DNA of 64,000 nt from Octopus vulgaris. Taxonomy: Eukaryota. The stretch is taken from assembly GCA_951406725.2 (NCBI GenBank), contig OX597836.1:9486001-9550000 (forward strand). The letters are read 5' to 3'. The notes under the pieces were generated by a model. It saw only the letters and a program-made list of their open reading frames with translations. It was not told the origin of the DNA and made no database searches. Positions 48,651 through 61,716 of this stretch are shown here, in pieces. The translations under genes and the position numbers were made by a program. Within the stretch, counting starts at the first letter, position 1, and each line of letters starts with the position of its first letter.

Positions 48651-49074
48651 CACTGGTTAAGCAAAACTTCCAGTATTTCCCATTTGGTAGGAGAAGCATA
48701 ACAAAAAACCATGGCAACTTTTAGCAACCCTTCCCCCAGAAGAAGGGGAGATAATTCTACGACACCTGAAAAATATCTCGTGCAAATTAACTTCTGAGAG
48801 ATTAATCCTTAATTTCTTGAAATTATCTCCGCCTTTTCATTTTTATTTTAGAATCACTAATAATTGCTTCTGGTTCTTTTTTCTTTCGCTAATAAAGAAC
48901 GAAATTTCAATTAAATTAAGGATTCTTTGAGGACAGTATACAGTTCATCACCTCTAATTTAAGCATCCAAATTCGTGTTCCATTTGAGTTATTTCCCTTA
49001 GCTCGATTTATTTATTTATTAATTACATAATACATACATCTACATCTCATCATTCATAGCTCTGGTGGAGACCA

Positions 49075-49130
49075 TTAACCAATCACTGACGTTATAGTAT
49101 GTCACGTGATACTAGTACGCGCCACATTCA
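49075..49130 (+). promoter_or_regulatory. Candidate promoter motif cluster
   Basis: CCAATCA, TGACGT and GTCACGTGAT within about 35 bp in repeat-free sequence about 1.4 kb upstream of exon 50499. Confidence 0.35.
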
Positions 49131-50498
49131 CAAAACTACATATTCACACACACTATAGTGGTTGGCTACACACAATTATTTATACACACCTGTCTACAGA
49201 ATTGTGTCAGTATGTACGGTGTATAATGTATATACACACACACACATAAATATATATACTCACACACATACATGATATCACAGTTTCTGACTTCACTGCG
49301 GTATTTACAATTTAGTGGAGTGAAGGAATTACAGAAGATGCTTGCAGATATGTGGAACCATAGACGAAATTTATTAATGAAGATCAGAGCAACATCGACG
49401 CCTCCTCCACGTATCAACTTGTTCAATTAAATTGTAGCTGTTTTCTGTATCAATGTTAAATGAGATGAACGTATAACGTATAACACCTACTTCAGGCTAT
49501 GAACAACATCACAATATCCCGTTCCTTTTTCTTTCTTTCTATCTAAATATTTAATCTGTGTGAACCAGTTTAATTACTATGAATGTGTTGAAAACTAAAC
49601 TGTACACAGCATGTATGCTGTGCGTGTGTATATAAATATACACAAAAGAGATTAAGGTGTATATATTTATGTGTGCGTGTAAGAGGAAGACAGAAAGATA
49701 CTGTATTCATGAATTCGTCAATTGTACCTACATCAGATTTAGCTGAAGAAGACATGCCCCTGACGTGTTAAGTACTGAATTTTTGGAACCAGATTTCATT
49801 TCAAATTGCTAAAAATAAATCGGTAAATTTCATGCTTTATTATTATTATTATTTTCATTTTTTTCTTAATGATTTTAGCTGTTGTGGATGTTATCTTGTC
49901 TGAGATTGCCACTGTTTATATATGAATTGATATAATGAATATGGTTAATACATAGTGTGTGTGTGGCGTGTTACTTAGTATAAAAAATAAACTCCCTGCC
50001 AACATGTGTTCTTGGTACGGGTTCGATCCCAAACTGCTATCGCCCTTGCGGTAAAACGCATGGACGTTAGTGTATTATTTTTGAATGTGTCAACGATTAC
50101 GGAGCCTTGCGCCTGTAATTTATAATACTGTAGATAAATATGTATAGATACTTGTATTAAAAAAAAATCAATTATAATTATATATAATATATGTATTCAG
50201 GAAGTAAAATACTCATGAGAAATCTGTAAATTCGCGTCATCATTGCAGAGGTCTTTGACAAAAGACTAATGCCATTTCGCGTGTTATAATTTTGTATATC
50301 TAAATATATTTTTGGCAATTTTCGTTTTGATTTGAAGGCATGCGCCTATATATATGTTTGTAGTTGAATGTTAATTATTTAAACTCCAAAGTAACTTCAA
50401 ACCTTTCTTTCTTTATCTCATATAAAACGTATTCTTAATACTTAAAATTTGAAATTTTGTTCTATTAAAATAACTTTACTTAAACATTCAGTGACACA

Positions 50499-50559
50499 AT
50501 GGAATTTATATCGCGAGTAAATTCTGAATTGGATGAGGAAGAACATTCTTATGAAAACG
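50499..50559 (+). CDS. Probable first coding exon of an unidentified gene (MEFISRVNSELDEEEHSYEN, phase 1)
   Basis: ACAATGG Kozak-like start, 20 open codons, donor G|GTAAGT at 50560; no downstream exon recognised. Confidence 0.5.
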
Positions 50560-52821
50560 GTAAGTGCTTTTTTCCTAATCGTTTCTTGTAAGCCTAAAGT
50601 GGAATTACTCTTAAGACGAGGCCGAAAAGTAAATTCTTACACGAACACCTCAGTGGACTCAAAGTATCTTTTCTTTTTTTTATTTAAACATTAAAACCAT
50701 AACAAGCAAAAGTACTTCTCGAATAGATAAGGTTTTCGACTATTTGATATCGAACCTTATGTCAACGATCGAGCCCTCTACACGCTGGAAATAGCAGCCA
50801 ATTATTCTTCAAATCTCACTCTACTGTCTTAAAAAGGAAAAGTAGAATGGATAATGTATTCTTGTGTTACGCTTAGAGAGAGAGAGAGAGAGAGAGAAAC
50901 GAGATGGTCACAATTAGATTGCCTTTGGTGCTAGGTCTGTTAATGAATTGGCAAAGATCGTTTGACGTCGGACAAAATGCCTGCAGTATTCGCTTACGGC
51001 CCTATATGTTCTGAGTTCAAATCCCGCTTCAGTTAACTTCGCTTTTTATCTTTATGGGTTCGATAGAACAACGTAATGTTGATTTAATAGCTCTGTAAGA
51101 CATCGGGCTAAACGGCAGTAAAACTTCTGAACTGTGGACACATCTGGATATAATTAATAAAACGTATTATCCCAGATTCTTAAATCGGAAAATTATCATT
51201 GGTAATATTTAAAAATGATAAGTCATAAATATATATATATAAAATTCTATTGTGGATTTTCTTTAAAAATTATGAAATCGTTCAGTTGTCATCTCATTCA
51301 TTTCGATATTCTCTTTGTGTACACCACTGGGCTGAAAGCGGTTGCCTGAATTAATTAAACATAAAACCTTATTCATTCATTCGTTATTGGAAGATTTATT
51401 TGATTGGTGTTGCTCCACATGTGTTTATTATATTGATCTTTGATTGATCTGATAAAACATGAAGCAGATGAAGGCGTAGATGATGCTAAGACAATTTACG
51501 AAGTTGATTTTACAATAATCTTGAAAGATAGTTGATTTTTAATAAATCCGAATTATTTAAAGATATTCATAATTAATTTAAAGTATTTATCTTCTAAATT
51601 AAGTTCAACTAACATTTGCTGCTAAAATGGACCTCAAATATTAATTCTTCAACAGCCTCTTTTTTTCTTAAAGTGCATGTTGGTCGTTTCTTGTTTCGTA
51701 ATTAAAAACTTTAATAGGTTTTGCTCATTAAGTAAAACTGGCGACAATTTAGTCAATGGTTTTTTTGATATAGCACAATGCTTGAACTTTTGGAGTGGGA
51801 TTATACGTCGACCTCATTACTTGATTGATACCTAATTTTATCAACCCAGAGAGAATGAAAGGCAAAGGTGACCTCGGCAGGATTTGAACTCAGAACGTAA
51901 AGAGCCAGACGAAATACTGCTAAACATTTTTCTGATAATAAATAAATTTAGTTCTATTTTATGTATGGTTATTAGACAAACCATACAGATAATTTTAAAA
52001 TTCCGATTCATATCTCACTTTTCGTACTTTTAAGGGTTTCGTATCATACAACTCAAAGATTTATTATCTGAACCCCACTTAATGAATTTAAATTAATGAT
52101 TAGATTATAAAAGATGCGGATGAAATAAGGAAAAATAGTTTTTCTGCACGTAATTATTTTTCATCCGTTTTTTTTTTTTTCATCATCATTTCCTAGAGTG
52201 AAATGAAACTGAAACAAAAGATGCCTTTTGTTGTGTAATCTATTCGTAAATATGTTCGTTTTTTATGGATTGCTGCTGTGTAGTGGTTGATAAACATTTC
52301 ATCATTTTCCTCCTCATCATCACCACCATCTTCTTCATCAATTTTGATTTTCTCGTATCTTGCTTCAGCAGCTGCTACAATTAGTGCGTTGTTAATAGTT
52401 CTATGACTCATCTGTGTGTGTGTGTGTGTATACATATATATATGTGTTTTATATATATGATACACACACACACACACGTCTACATGTATATATATATATA
52501 CTATGATGGCCTCTCTCGCCAGTTTTATCTTGTTATTCGTTCAGCAGACCTACATTCTCGAGTTCATTATAATGTAAAAATGCTTGAGTATCCCGTAGAC
52601 ATTTGTACTCAGTCTTGTCGTAGTTTCCTAAACACAATCTGTGATGAGGCTGGGCCATAGAATAATAGATACATTGTCAATCCATTGAGCTTCCACTCAG
52701 TCTCCATCTGCTTCCTTACGTTCACAAAGATTGGCTTGACCTGAGTCCATCACTGCAGTCTTAATTTTAGTTCGTTTCACACTTGTCTAGCTCTGAATTC
52801 AGTATTACTGTACAACATTGA

Positions 52822-52900
<79 letters not shown>

Positions 52901-52901
<1 letters not shown>

Positions 52902-53282
52902 CGCAGGAGTGGCTGTGTGGTAAGTAGCTTGCTAACCAGCCACATGGTTCCGGGTTCAGTCCCACTGCGTGGCACCTTGGGCAAGTGTCTTCTACTATAG
53001 CCTCGGGCCGACCAAAGCCTTGTGAGTGGATTTGGTAGACGGAAACTGAAAGAAGCCCGTCGTATATATGTATATCTGTGTTTGTCCCCCTAGCATTGCT
53101 TGACAACTGATGCTGGTGTGTTTACGTCCCCGTCACTTAGCGGTTCGGCAAAAGAGACCGATAGAATAAGTACTGGGCTCACAACGAATAAGTCCCGGGA
53201 TCGATTTGCTCAACTAAAGGCGGTGCTCCAGCATGGCCACAGTCGAATGACTGAAACATGTAAAAGAGTAAAAGAGTAAGAG

Positions 53283-53284
<2 letters not shown>
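52901..53284 (+). mobile_element. SINE family A, full length, in (TA)n
   Basis: Head to AAAAGAGT tail; long (TA)n on both sides. Confidence 0.92.
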
Positions 53285-53314
<30 letters not shown>

Positions 53315-53625
53315 AGATGGATAGAATATATATAAATGGAAGTTAAATGATGATGGTGATGATAAAAACTTGTTACTTGTTTAAATATGCTTGAGATTAC
53401 TCTCTGTAGACAGATAAGGTGTAAACACACCGAGACACACATTGCAGGGTGCTGCCAGAAGTAAACACCTGGATTATCTGATTCCCTCCGCCATCTCTGA
53501 AGAGTGCAGGGTTACATAATCGGGTTGTTACCTAATACTCCATTGAACCTCTAGTGTGAAACTGATTGATAAGATTGGCCATAATGGATATATAATACTG
53601 TACATGTCTGCTAATATATATATGT

Positions 53626-53930
53626 GGAGGTGCAATGGTCCAGTGGTTAGGGCAGTGGATTCATGGTTGTAGGATCGCGGTTTCGATTCCCAGACCGGGC
53701 ATTGTGAGTGTTTATTGAGCGAAAACACCTAAAGCTCCACGAGGCTGCGGCAGGGGGTGGTGGCGATCCCTACTGTACTCTTTCGCCACAGCTTTCTCTC
53801 ACACTTTCTTCTGTTGGCCTGTTCGCTTAGCCAGCAGGGTGGCGTCATTTGAAGGCCAAAACAGTGCGAAGCGCATTGTGACCAGCGATGTGTAGCAACA
53901 TCTGATAGCCTGGTCGGTCATGGTGATCAC
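53626..53930 (+). mobile_element. tRNA-derived SINE, family D
   Basis: A-box TGGTCCAGTGG, B-box GGTTTCGATTCCC, unrelated body, (TA)n flanks. Confidence 0.7.
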
Positions 53931-53932
53931 AT

Positions 53933-53969
<37 letters not shown>

Positions 53970-54281
53970 TTTCATACTTTGCATATTTTATCAAACTCTG
54001 AAGAAGATGAAAGTCAAATCATTTTTGGGATGGTGGGTGTATGATAAGTACTTGACTGAATGGCCATGACCAACCCCGATTATTTGAGTTACACAGTATC
54101 TCCACCTAAATCAGAACTCTTTAGGAGTGGCCACAGCGAAGATGAGTGACATTGATTTAGACACTGATAAAAAAAAGGGAGTAAAAAGACTTTAAGGAAA
54201 GTAAAGGAAATGGTAACAGGTAGAATGATACACACCCAGAAAGGAAGCAAAGAGTTAATAGGATTATCATTAAAGAAAGCT

Positions 54282-54792
54282 ATCATCATCATCATCGTTT
54301 AACGTCCGCTTTCCATGCTAGCATGGGTTGGACGGTTCAACTGGGGTCTGGGAAGCCAGAAGGCTGCACCAGGCCCAGTCTGATCTGGCAGTGTTTCTAC
54401 AGCTGGATGCCCTTCCTAACGCCAACCACTCTGAGAGTGTAGTGGGTGCTTTTTACGTGCAACCGGCACAGGTGCCAGACGAGGCTGGCAATGGCCACGA
54501 TCGGATGGTGCTTTTTACGTGCCACCGGCACAGGTGCCAGACGAGGCTAGCAATGGCCACGATCGGATGGTGCATTTTACGTGCCACCGGCACAGGTGCC
54601 AGACGAGGCTGGCAATGGCCACGATCAGATGGTGCATTTTACGTGCCACCGGCACAGGTGCCAGACGAGGCTGGCAATGGCCACGATCAGATGGTGCTTT
54701 TTACGTGCCACCGGCACAGGTGCCAGACGAGGCTGGCAATGGCCATGATCGGATGGTGCTTTTTACGTACCACGTGCATGGAGGCCAGTCGG
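54282..54792 (-). mobile_element. RTE-tail element with a 62-bp unit amplified about 5 times (54446-54768)
   Basis: GTGCTTTTTACGTGCCACCGGCACAGGTGCCAGACGAGGCTGGCAATGGCCACGATCGGATG repeated. Confidence 0.9.
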
Positions 54793-55287
54793 GGCGTTGT
54801 TTTCAAAGGCAATAGCTGTGTAGGAAGTGAAACTTCTAAGGGAGGTGAGGTGTTTTAGAATGGCGGTGCTCCAGCATGACACCAGATAAAACACTTGCTC
54901 AACCCTATCTTCCCTTCAACATAGTTTGGCTTACACACAGAGGACCCTTATTTATATATACCAAGTGAAATATACTTTCATCTATAGGATTGTTACTATC
55001 TCTCACATCAATTATATAGTTTTTGTCCTGAATGGCTATGGGATTGCACCTAGAGAGTTCCCCCCATCTGAGGCTCAAGTCTGGGCAAGGTTGTTAATGG
55101 AAGACCAGCAGTCACCCATGCATACCAGCCTCCACTCCTCGCGCCACTGATGTTATCCAAAGAAAAGGCAAAGGCCGATACAGCTTGGCACAGTGACATT
55201 GCAATTCATTTCTATAGATAAGTGAACTGGAGCGATATGTGTGTAAAATATATATCTGCATTTATGTCTATATAATAATAATAATAA

Positions 55288-55645
55288 ATTGAGAAAATGT
55301 GGCATCTCAAGGCGATTACAGTACCGGTGATAGTAGGATCTCTAAGAATGATGAAAAAAGGTACTGAAACCTATTTGAAAAAGATACCATCTCTACAGGA
55401 AGTGCAAAAAATCGTGTTAACTGGAACAACTTATGTACTGAGAAGAGCATAATCGCTGTGAAAACAACATCCATTCGTGAATTTATTTATTTATTTATTT
55501 TTTTAAAATACATATTTTACCTGTGAATTTGCATGTGTAATCTGGGAATGCATACAATGCCCTTCTCTGCCCTAGGTGTATGGAAAACACTCAGCGAGAA
55601 ACGGAAGAAAATTTGAAGAAAGAAGGGAAATAATAATAATAATAA
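55288..55645 (+). mobile_element. 3' end of a Dong/R4-clade non-LTR retrotransposon in (TAA)n
   Basis: IEKMWHLKAITVPVIVGSLRMM...LQEVQKIVLTGTTYVLRRA* (55288-55452), typical RLE C-terminus; (TAA)n on both sides. Confidence 0.8.
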
Positions 55646-55701
55646 TGATTCGATTTTGAATTAATCATATATTATAACATAGCTTCAAGATATCAATAAT
55701 G

Positions 55702-55975
55702 TCATCATCATCATCATCATCATTTAGCGTCCGTTTTCCATGCTAGCATGGGTTGGACGGTTCTACTGGGGTCTGTGAAGCCAGAAGGCTTCATCAGGCC
55801 CAGTCAAATCTGGCAGTGTTTCTACGGCTGGATGCCCTTCCTAACGCCAACCACTCCGTGAGTGTAGTGGGTGCTTTTTACGTGCCACCCGCACTGGTGC
55901 CAGACAGAGCTGGCAAACGGCCACGAACGGATGGTGCTTTTTATGTGCCACCGGCACGAGGGCCAGGCGAGGCTG
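55702..55975 (-). mobile_element. RTE-tail element
   Basis: 55748-55975 identical by eye to 47606-47833. Confidence 0.88.
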
Positions 55976-56093
55976 ATTATTTATTTTTTCCAATGACATT
56001 TTAGGGTAGGTTTAAGAGGCCAGATGTGGTTAGTTTCAGCATAGAGAAGTAGAACATTTGGGCCTGATATAGCTGGTTTAAGTGCTAAAAGAG

Positions 56094-56322
56094 TTAACCC
56101 TTTCACTACTGTATTTATTTTGAGATGCTCTGTGTTTCTTTCAATTATTTTAAATATAACAAAGAATTTAGTAAAATAACTTCGTTATCATTAAGCTAGT
56201 TTTAGGAACATAAATTTTAACTAAGATTTGGTGGAAGATTTGAATTCAAAACTTATGAAAGCTAGACATTTATACTAAAGAGCCAGAACTGGTTTCAGCC
56301 GGGTTGGTAATGAAAGGGTTAA
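56094..56322. mobile_element. TTAA-flanked MITE, family 2
   Basis: TTAA|CCCTTTCA ... TGAAAGGG|TTAA. Confidence 0.85.
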
Positions 56323-56727
56323 ACTACATGAAATAATTAGCCATATGTTGTATATTTATGGTGTGCTTCTTAGCCAACCCAAAATACAGCAGCAGCAAAA
56401 CCGTTGCTATCTCTGTAGGTAGCTGAGAAACATAAGTGCTGCTGATGTGGATTTATCAATGTAAACTAACTTACAACCGGAATCTGTTAGGAGAAATTCT
56501 TGAAATTCCCCTCTGACTGCTGCGTGTTTTCCACTGTTTGGCCTACTCAGAGATTCTTGCAACGTGGTTTGTGAGGGCCACGCCGTCAAATTATGATGAC
56601 ATTTTCAACATCCACTTCACTTGGCGGATGCTGTTACCATTCTCGTGCCTTCCTTTCTCCTCTCCTCCCCCTCTCTTAAGTGCTTTTGTGTGTGTGTGTG
56701 TAAAAGTATGTGTATCTGCATATTCGT

Positions 56728-57110
56728 TTATTCTTTTACTCGTTTCAGTCATTCGACTGTGGCCATGTTGGAGCACCGCCTTTAGTCGAACAAATCAGCC
56801 CCAGAACTTATTCTTTGTAAGCCTAGTACTTATTTTATCAGTCCCTTGATGAACCGCTAAGTTACAGGGACATAAACACACCAACATTGGTTGTCAAGCA
56901 TTGGTGGTGGGGGGGACAAACACAGTCACATAAATGTACACACACACACACACACACACACACACGACAGGCTTCTTTTAGTTTCTGTCTACCAAATTCA
57001 CTCACAAGGATTTTGTTGGCGCAAGGCTATAGTAGAAGACACTTGCCCAAGGTGCCATGCAGTGGGACTGAACCCGGAACAATGTAGTCGGGAAGCAAGC
57101 TTCTTACCAC
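56728..57110 (-). mobile_element. SINE family A
   Basis: Reverse complement of family consensus. Confidence 0.85.
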
Positions 57111-57119
57111 AATAATAGT

Positions 57120-58325
57120 AATTTCAAATTTTTCACACAAGGCCACCAAGTTCAAGAGAAGGAGGTTAGGTCAGTTATATCAACCCCAGTACTCAACTGG
57201 TACTTAGTATATTGACCCCGAAAGGATGAACGGTAAAGTTGACCTTCGCATACCCGGCATGCTAACAATTCTGCCAGCTTACCACCTTAATAATAATATT
57301 TTTTCTGCTAAAGGCACAAGGCCTGAAAGTTTTTTGGTGAGGAGGGGCTAGTCGAATACATCAACTCCAGTGTATAACTGGTACTTATTTTATCGACCCT
57401 CGGTGGAATTTGAACTCAGAACGTAGCAACTAGTGAAATACCATGAACCATTTTGCCTGGCATGCTAATGATTCTGCCAGCTTGCTGCCTTAATAATAAT
57501 AATAATAATCATAATAATAATAATACCACCCACAGATTTGCTTGTCAGTTGTTTGACCTTAACCAGTTGAGTATGTTCCTCAGTGGCTGACGATATGTGC
57601 ATCTCTGATCATGAGCAGAATTAGTGGGGGAGCATCATAGCCATGTGTTGAAAGGAATTCTTAGAGTTTGGAAACATGGGTGTTTCGTTCAACATCCTTA
57701 AACAAATCTTATTCAGGGACCTTTTGAGTGGGATGGGCTACTCGACCAGAAGAAAATTCTAACTGGGTCCCAGCTGCAAGGTCATGCACTGTTTATCTTG
57801 ATATGAGATCATCATGTTGCGCACATGTGGTTGTGATGTATGTGCCTGGTGTACCCTTATTAGACGGGTAGTCACGATGGGTATACTGGGCTTTGTATAT
57901 TTTACCCCAATGTCACTTTGATGGCAGGCACTGCTTTCTCACTCAAAAATTATAATAATAATACTGATAACAATAATAATAATGATAACAATAATGATAA
58001 CGATAACAATAATGATAACAATAACAATGATAATGATAACAATAATGATGACAATAATGATAATAATAATGATAACAATAATTCTTTCTACTAAAGGCAC
58101 AAGGCCTCCAATTTTTTTGTGTAGAAGGGACTAATCAATTAATCAATCCCAGTGTGTAACCGATACTTAATTTATCGACCCCGAAAGGATGAAAGGCAAA
58201 GTCGACCTTGGTGGAATTTGAACTCAGAACGCAGCGACAGGCGAAATACTGCTAAGCATTTCGTCCAGTGTACTAACGATTCTACCAGATCACCACCTTA
58301 ATAATAATAATAATAATAATAATAT
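57120..58325 (-). mobile_element. Cluster of SINE family B copies, an unclassified repeat (about 57527-57945) and (TAA/CAA/TGA)n tracts
   Basis: CTGGTACTTATTTTATCGACCC...GAAAGGATGAAAGGCAAAGTCGACC motifs three times, interleaved with triplet microsatellites. Confidence 0.75.
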
Positions 58326-58427
58326 GATAATTTTATTCAGTGCCTTTGAAGCTTTGCCGGTAAGAAACATTGTCAGACCAGATCGGGTTTTTAAGCTTGT
58401 GTTGTTTATGTATGTGGGTGTTTACTG

Positions 58428-59220
58428 TTTTACTTGTTTCAGTCAGTTGACTGTGGCCATGCTGGAGCACCGCCTTTAAGTCGAGCAAATCGACCCCGGG
58501 ACTTATTCTTTTGTAAGCCCAGTACTTATTCTATCGGTCTCTTTTGCCGAACTGCTAAGTGACGGGGACGTAAACACACCAGCATCGGTTGTCAAGCAAT
58601 GCTAGGGGGACAAACACAGACACACAAACACACACACGCATATATATATATACACTCTCGGAGTGGTTGGCGTTAGGAAGGGCATCCAGCTGTAGAAACA
58701 CTGCCAGATCTGACTGGCCTGGTGCAGCCTTCGGGCTCCCCAGACCCCAGTTGAACCGTCCAACCCATGCTAGCATGGAAAACGGACGCTAAATGATGAT
58801 GATGATGATGATGATACATATATATATATATGATGGACTTCTTATATATAGTTTTTAAGTATAAAAACATCATTAGTGGCTGTGTGGTAAGAAGCTTGCT
58901 TCCCAACCACATGGTACAGGGTTCAGTCCCACTGCATGGCACCTTGAGCAAGTTTTTCTACTATAGCCACATGCCTTGTGAGTGGATTTGGTAGACAGAG
59001 ACTGAAAGAATGTGTGTGTGTGTCCACCACGACTGCTTGATAACCGGTGTTGGTTTGTTTATGTTCCCGTAACTTTGCGGTTCAGCAAAAGAAACCAATA
59101 GAATAAGTACTAGGCTTTAAAAAAATGTAAAAAGGTACTGGAGTTGATTCATCTGACTAAAATTCTTCAGGGTGGTGCCCCAGTGTGGCCACAGTCTGAT
59201 GGCTGAAAAACTGTAAAAGA
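58428..59220. mobile_element. SINE A 3' half (-), RTE tail (+, 58650-58815) and diverged SINE A (+, 58875-59220)
   Basis: Matches to family consensus sequences seen elsewhere in the window. Confidence 0.8.
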
Positions 59221-59251
<31 letters not shown>

Positions 59252-59272
59252 CACGCACATACAGACATATAT

Positions 59273-59309
<37 letters not shown>

Positions 59310-59594
59310 GATACACACTCACTTACATATGGTCCAAAAATACCCCCAAAAAAAACCCGCAGTAAAGAACAACAAACAGGATGTATTTGATGCTCGGGAA
59401 AATTGGAAGAAGTCTTTAATGTTCTTGAGTCTACACTCTTCTACAGAAAGAATAAATGAAGAGAAAAGAAAATTATATATAAAATCATCATTATATAGAA
59501 TCCATTTTCTATGTTGGCATGGTAGGAGACATCCAGACATAAACACAAACATGTATGAATGTGTGTATGCTTATTATATATATATATAAATTCA

Positions 59595-59639
<45 letters not shown>

Positions 59640-59648
59640 TTTATGCTT

Positions 59649-59768
59649 TATGCTTTATTTAAAGCAGCAGAAAATTCAACAAAACCTGTTACTCTGAGTT
59701 TCACGTTCCCGTTCGTTGGACAGAGTAACAGGTTTTGTTGAATTTTCTGCTACTTTAAATAAAGCATA
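59649..59768. repeat. 48-bp-arm hairpin enclosing a degenerate hammerhead-like core
   Basis: Arms 59649-59696 and 59721-59768 (1 mismatch); minus-strand loop reads TCCAACGA-ACG(ggaa)CGT-GAAA-CTC. Confidence 0.85.
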
Positions 59769-59834
59769 TTACTCTACCCCTGGTATTTGAGTACTCTTTT
59801 TTTCCACCTTGTTTCACAGTTATGTGTTTACTCC

Positions 59835-59878
<44 letters not shown>

Positions 59879-60689
59879 AATATAAAATACAAAATGGGAC
59901 AAGAACGCTAAACATCCGGACACAGCTAGGTGATACAAGAAAGGGACAACAAAACATCCAGATAGACGATACAAAGAAAACAAGGATGGGTCATTTGGGG
60001 TTTTCAGTCAAGCACCAGATTATCTCGCATTTCGGCTGATTATTACTTGAGATTGCTCCAATCTGGCCAGCCCCAAGAAAATCTAAGCTAAGAGCATCAG
60101 ATTCCTTGAAAGAAAGCAGCGAATGTATACAAAAACAAGGACGGAAAAATGGACAATGTTACACAAATACAAATAGAATATCGAAATCAAATTCGATGAC
60201 TGGCATCCGTGCTACTGGAGCTCCATACGAGTGTGATCATTGCCAGAGCAACAAGCTGGCTTCTGTGCTGGTGGCACGTAAAAAACACCATTCAAGCGTG
60301 ATCTAGGTTCAATCTCACAGTAACTTAGCGGTTCTTTTTGTGTTAAATTATAAGACACAAAAAGAAAATGACTCTCCCAGACACAACAGAATATGCTTCA
60401 ACACACGAACTCATATAAAGAATCTTGCAAACCAAATCCAAAAACGAAACAAAAAGATTACATTCACTTGTAATTAAACGTTATGCAGTGTGAATGCATG
60501 AAATATGCAGTTCGCTCCAGTACATTCCAGTAACAGGCTAGGCAGCTAATGTGTTAAATAGAGAGAAGTGATAGATTGAATGTTTAAAGAGATGGAGAGA
60601 GGAAAGCAACTCGTCCATCTGGGATGGTCAGTGGGATGCCCAAAATAACTGGCGAAGTAGGATGTATGCTAGTCAATCCCAAATAGTCT

Positions 60690-61383
60690 ATCATCATCAT
60701 CATCATCCGCTTTCCATGCTAGCATGGGTTGGACGGTTCAACTGGAGTCTGGGAAGCCCGAAGGCTGCACCAGGCCAGTCAGATCTGGCGGTGTTTCTAC
60801 AGCTGGATGCCCTTCCTAACGCCAGCCACTCCATGAGTGTAGTGGGTGCTTTTTATGTGCCACTGACAGAGGTGCCAGACGAGGCTGGCGAACAGCCACG
60901 CTTGGATGGTGTTTTTTACGTGCCACCAGCACGGAGGCCAGGTGGCACGTAACCACCTGGCCTGTGCTATCAGGTTATAAAAGGTGTCATTCTTGATTAT
61001 CGGTGTAGCAGTGATCATCATCATCATCGTTTAACGTCCGTTTTACATTCTAGCATGGGTTGGACGGTTCGACCGGGTTCTGGGAAGCCAGGAGGCTGCA
61101 CCAGGCTCCAGTCTTGATCTGGCAGAGTTTCTACAGCTGGATGCCCTTCCTAACGCCAACCACTCCGTGAGTGTAGTGGGTGCTTTTTACGTGCCACTGG
61201 CACAGGGGTCAGTCAGGCGGCGCTGGCAACAACCCCGCTCGAATTTTTTTACACATGGCAAAGGCACAGGTGCCACTAAGGCGATGCTGGTAACGATCCC
61301 GCTCGAATGGTGCCTCCTACATGCCACCGGCACGGAAGCCAGTTAGCCGCTCTGGCAATGATCACGTTCGGATGGTGCTCTTA
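60690..61383 (-). mobile_element. Two adjacent RTE-tail elements
   Basis: Two (CAT)n-headed copies of the family core. Confidence 0.85.
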
Positions 61384-61474
61384 GTGTCATTTATGCATTT
61401 CTTGAAGACTGGGACAGTGTGAGGGGAGTTCGCTTTAACTGGGTCTTTGCCATGTATTTCTGTCTTGAATTGCT

Positions 61475-61683
61475 TACTCTTTTCTCTTTTACTTGTTTCA
61501 GTCATTTGACTGCGGCCATGCTGGAGCACCGCCTTTAGTCGACCAAATCGACCCCGGGACTTATTCTTTGTAAGCCCAGTACATATTCTATCGGTCTCTT
61601 TTGCCGAACCGCCAAGTGATGGGGACGTAAACACACCAGCATCAGTTGTCAAGCAATGCTAGGGGTCAAACACAGACACACAA

Positions 61684-61716
<33 letters not shown>

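Noticed and set aside
49709-49773. Possible alternative first exon MNSSIVPTSDLAEEDMPLT
   Set aside because: Donor GTTAAG is weak and an in-frame stop follows; insufficient support.
52193-52477. Acidic ORF (DEEDGGDDEEENDE)
   Set aside because: Arises from degenerate (CAT)n repeats next to microsatellites; no splice or domain support.
54328-54858. 176-aa repetitive ORF
   Set aside because: Antisense translation of a 62-bp tandem unit in an RTE 3' tail.
60020-60085. Minus-strand GGCTG...CAGCC-GAAA stem resembling the 44842 hammerhead
   Set aside because: No CUGANGA upstream of the stem.
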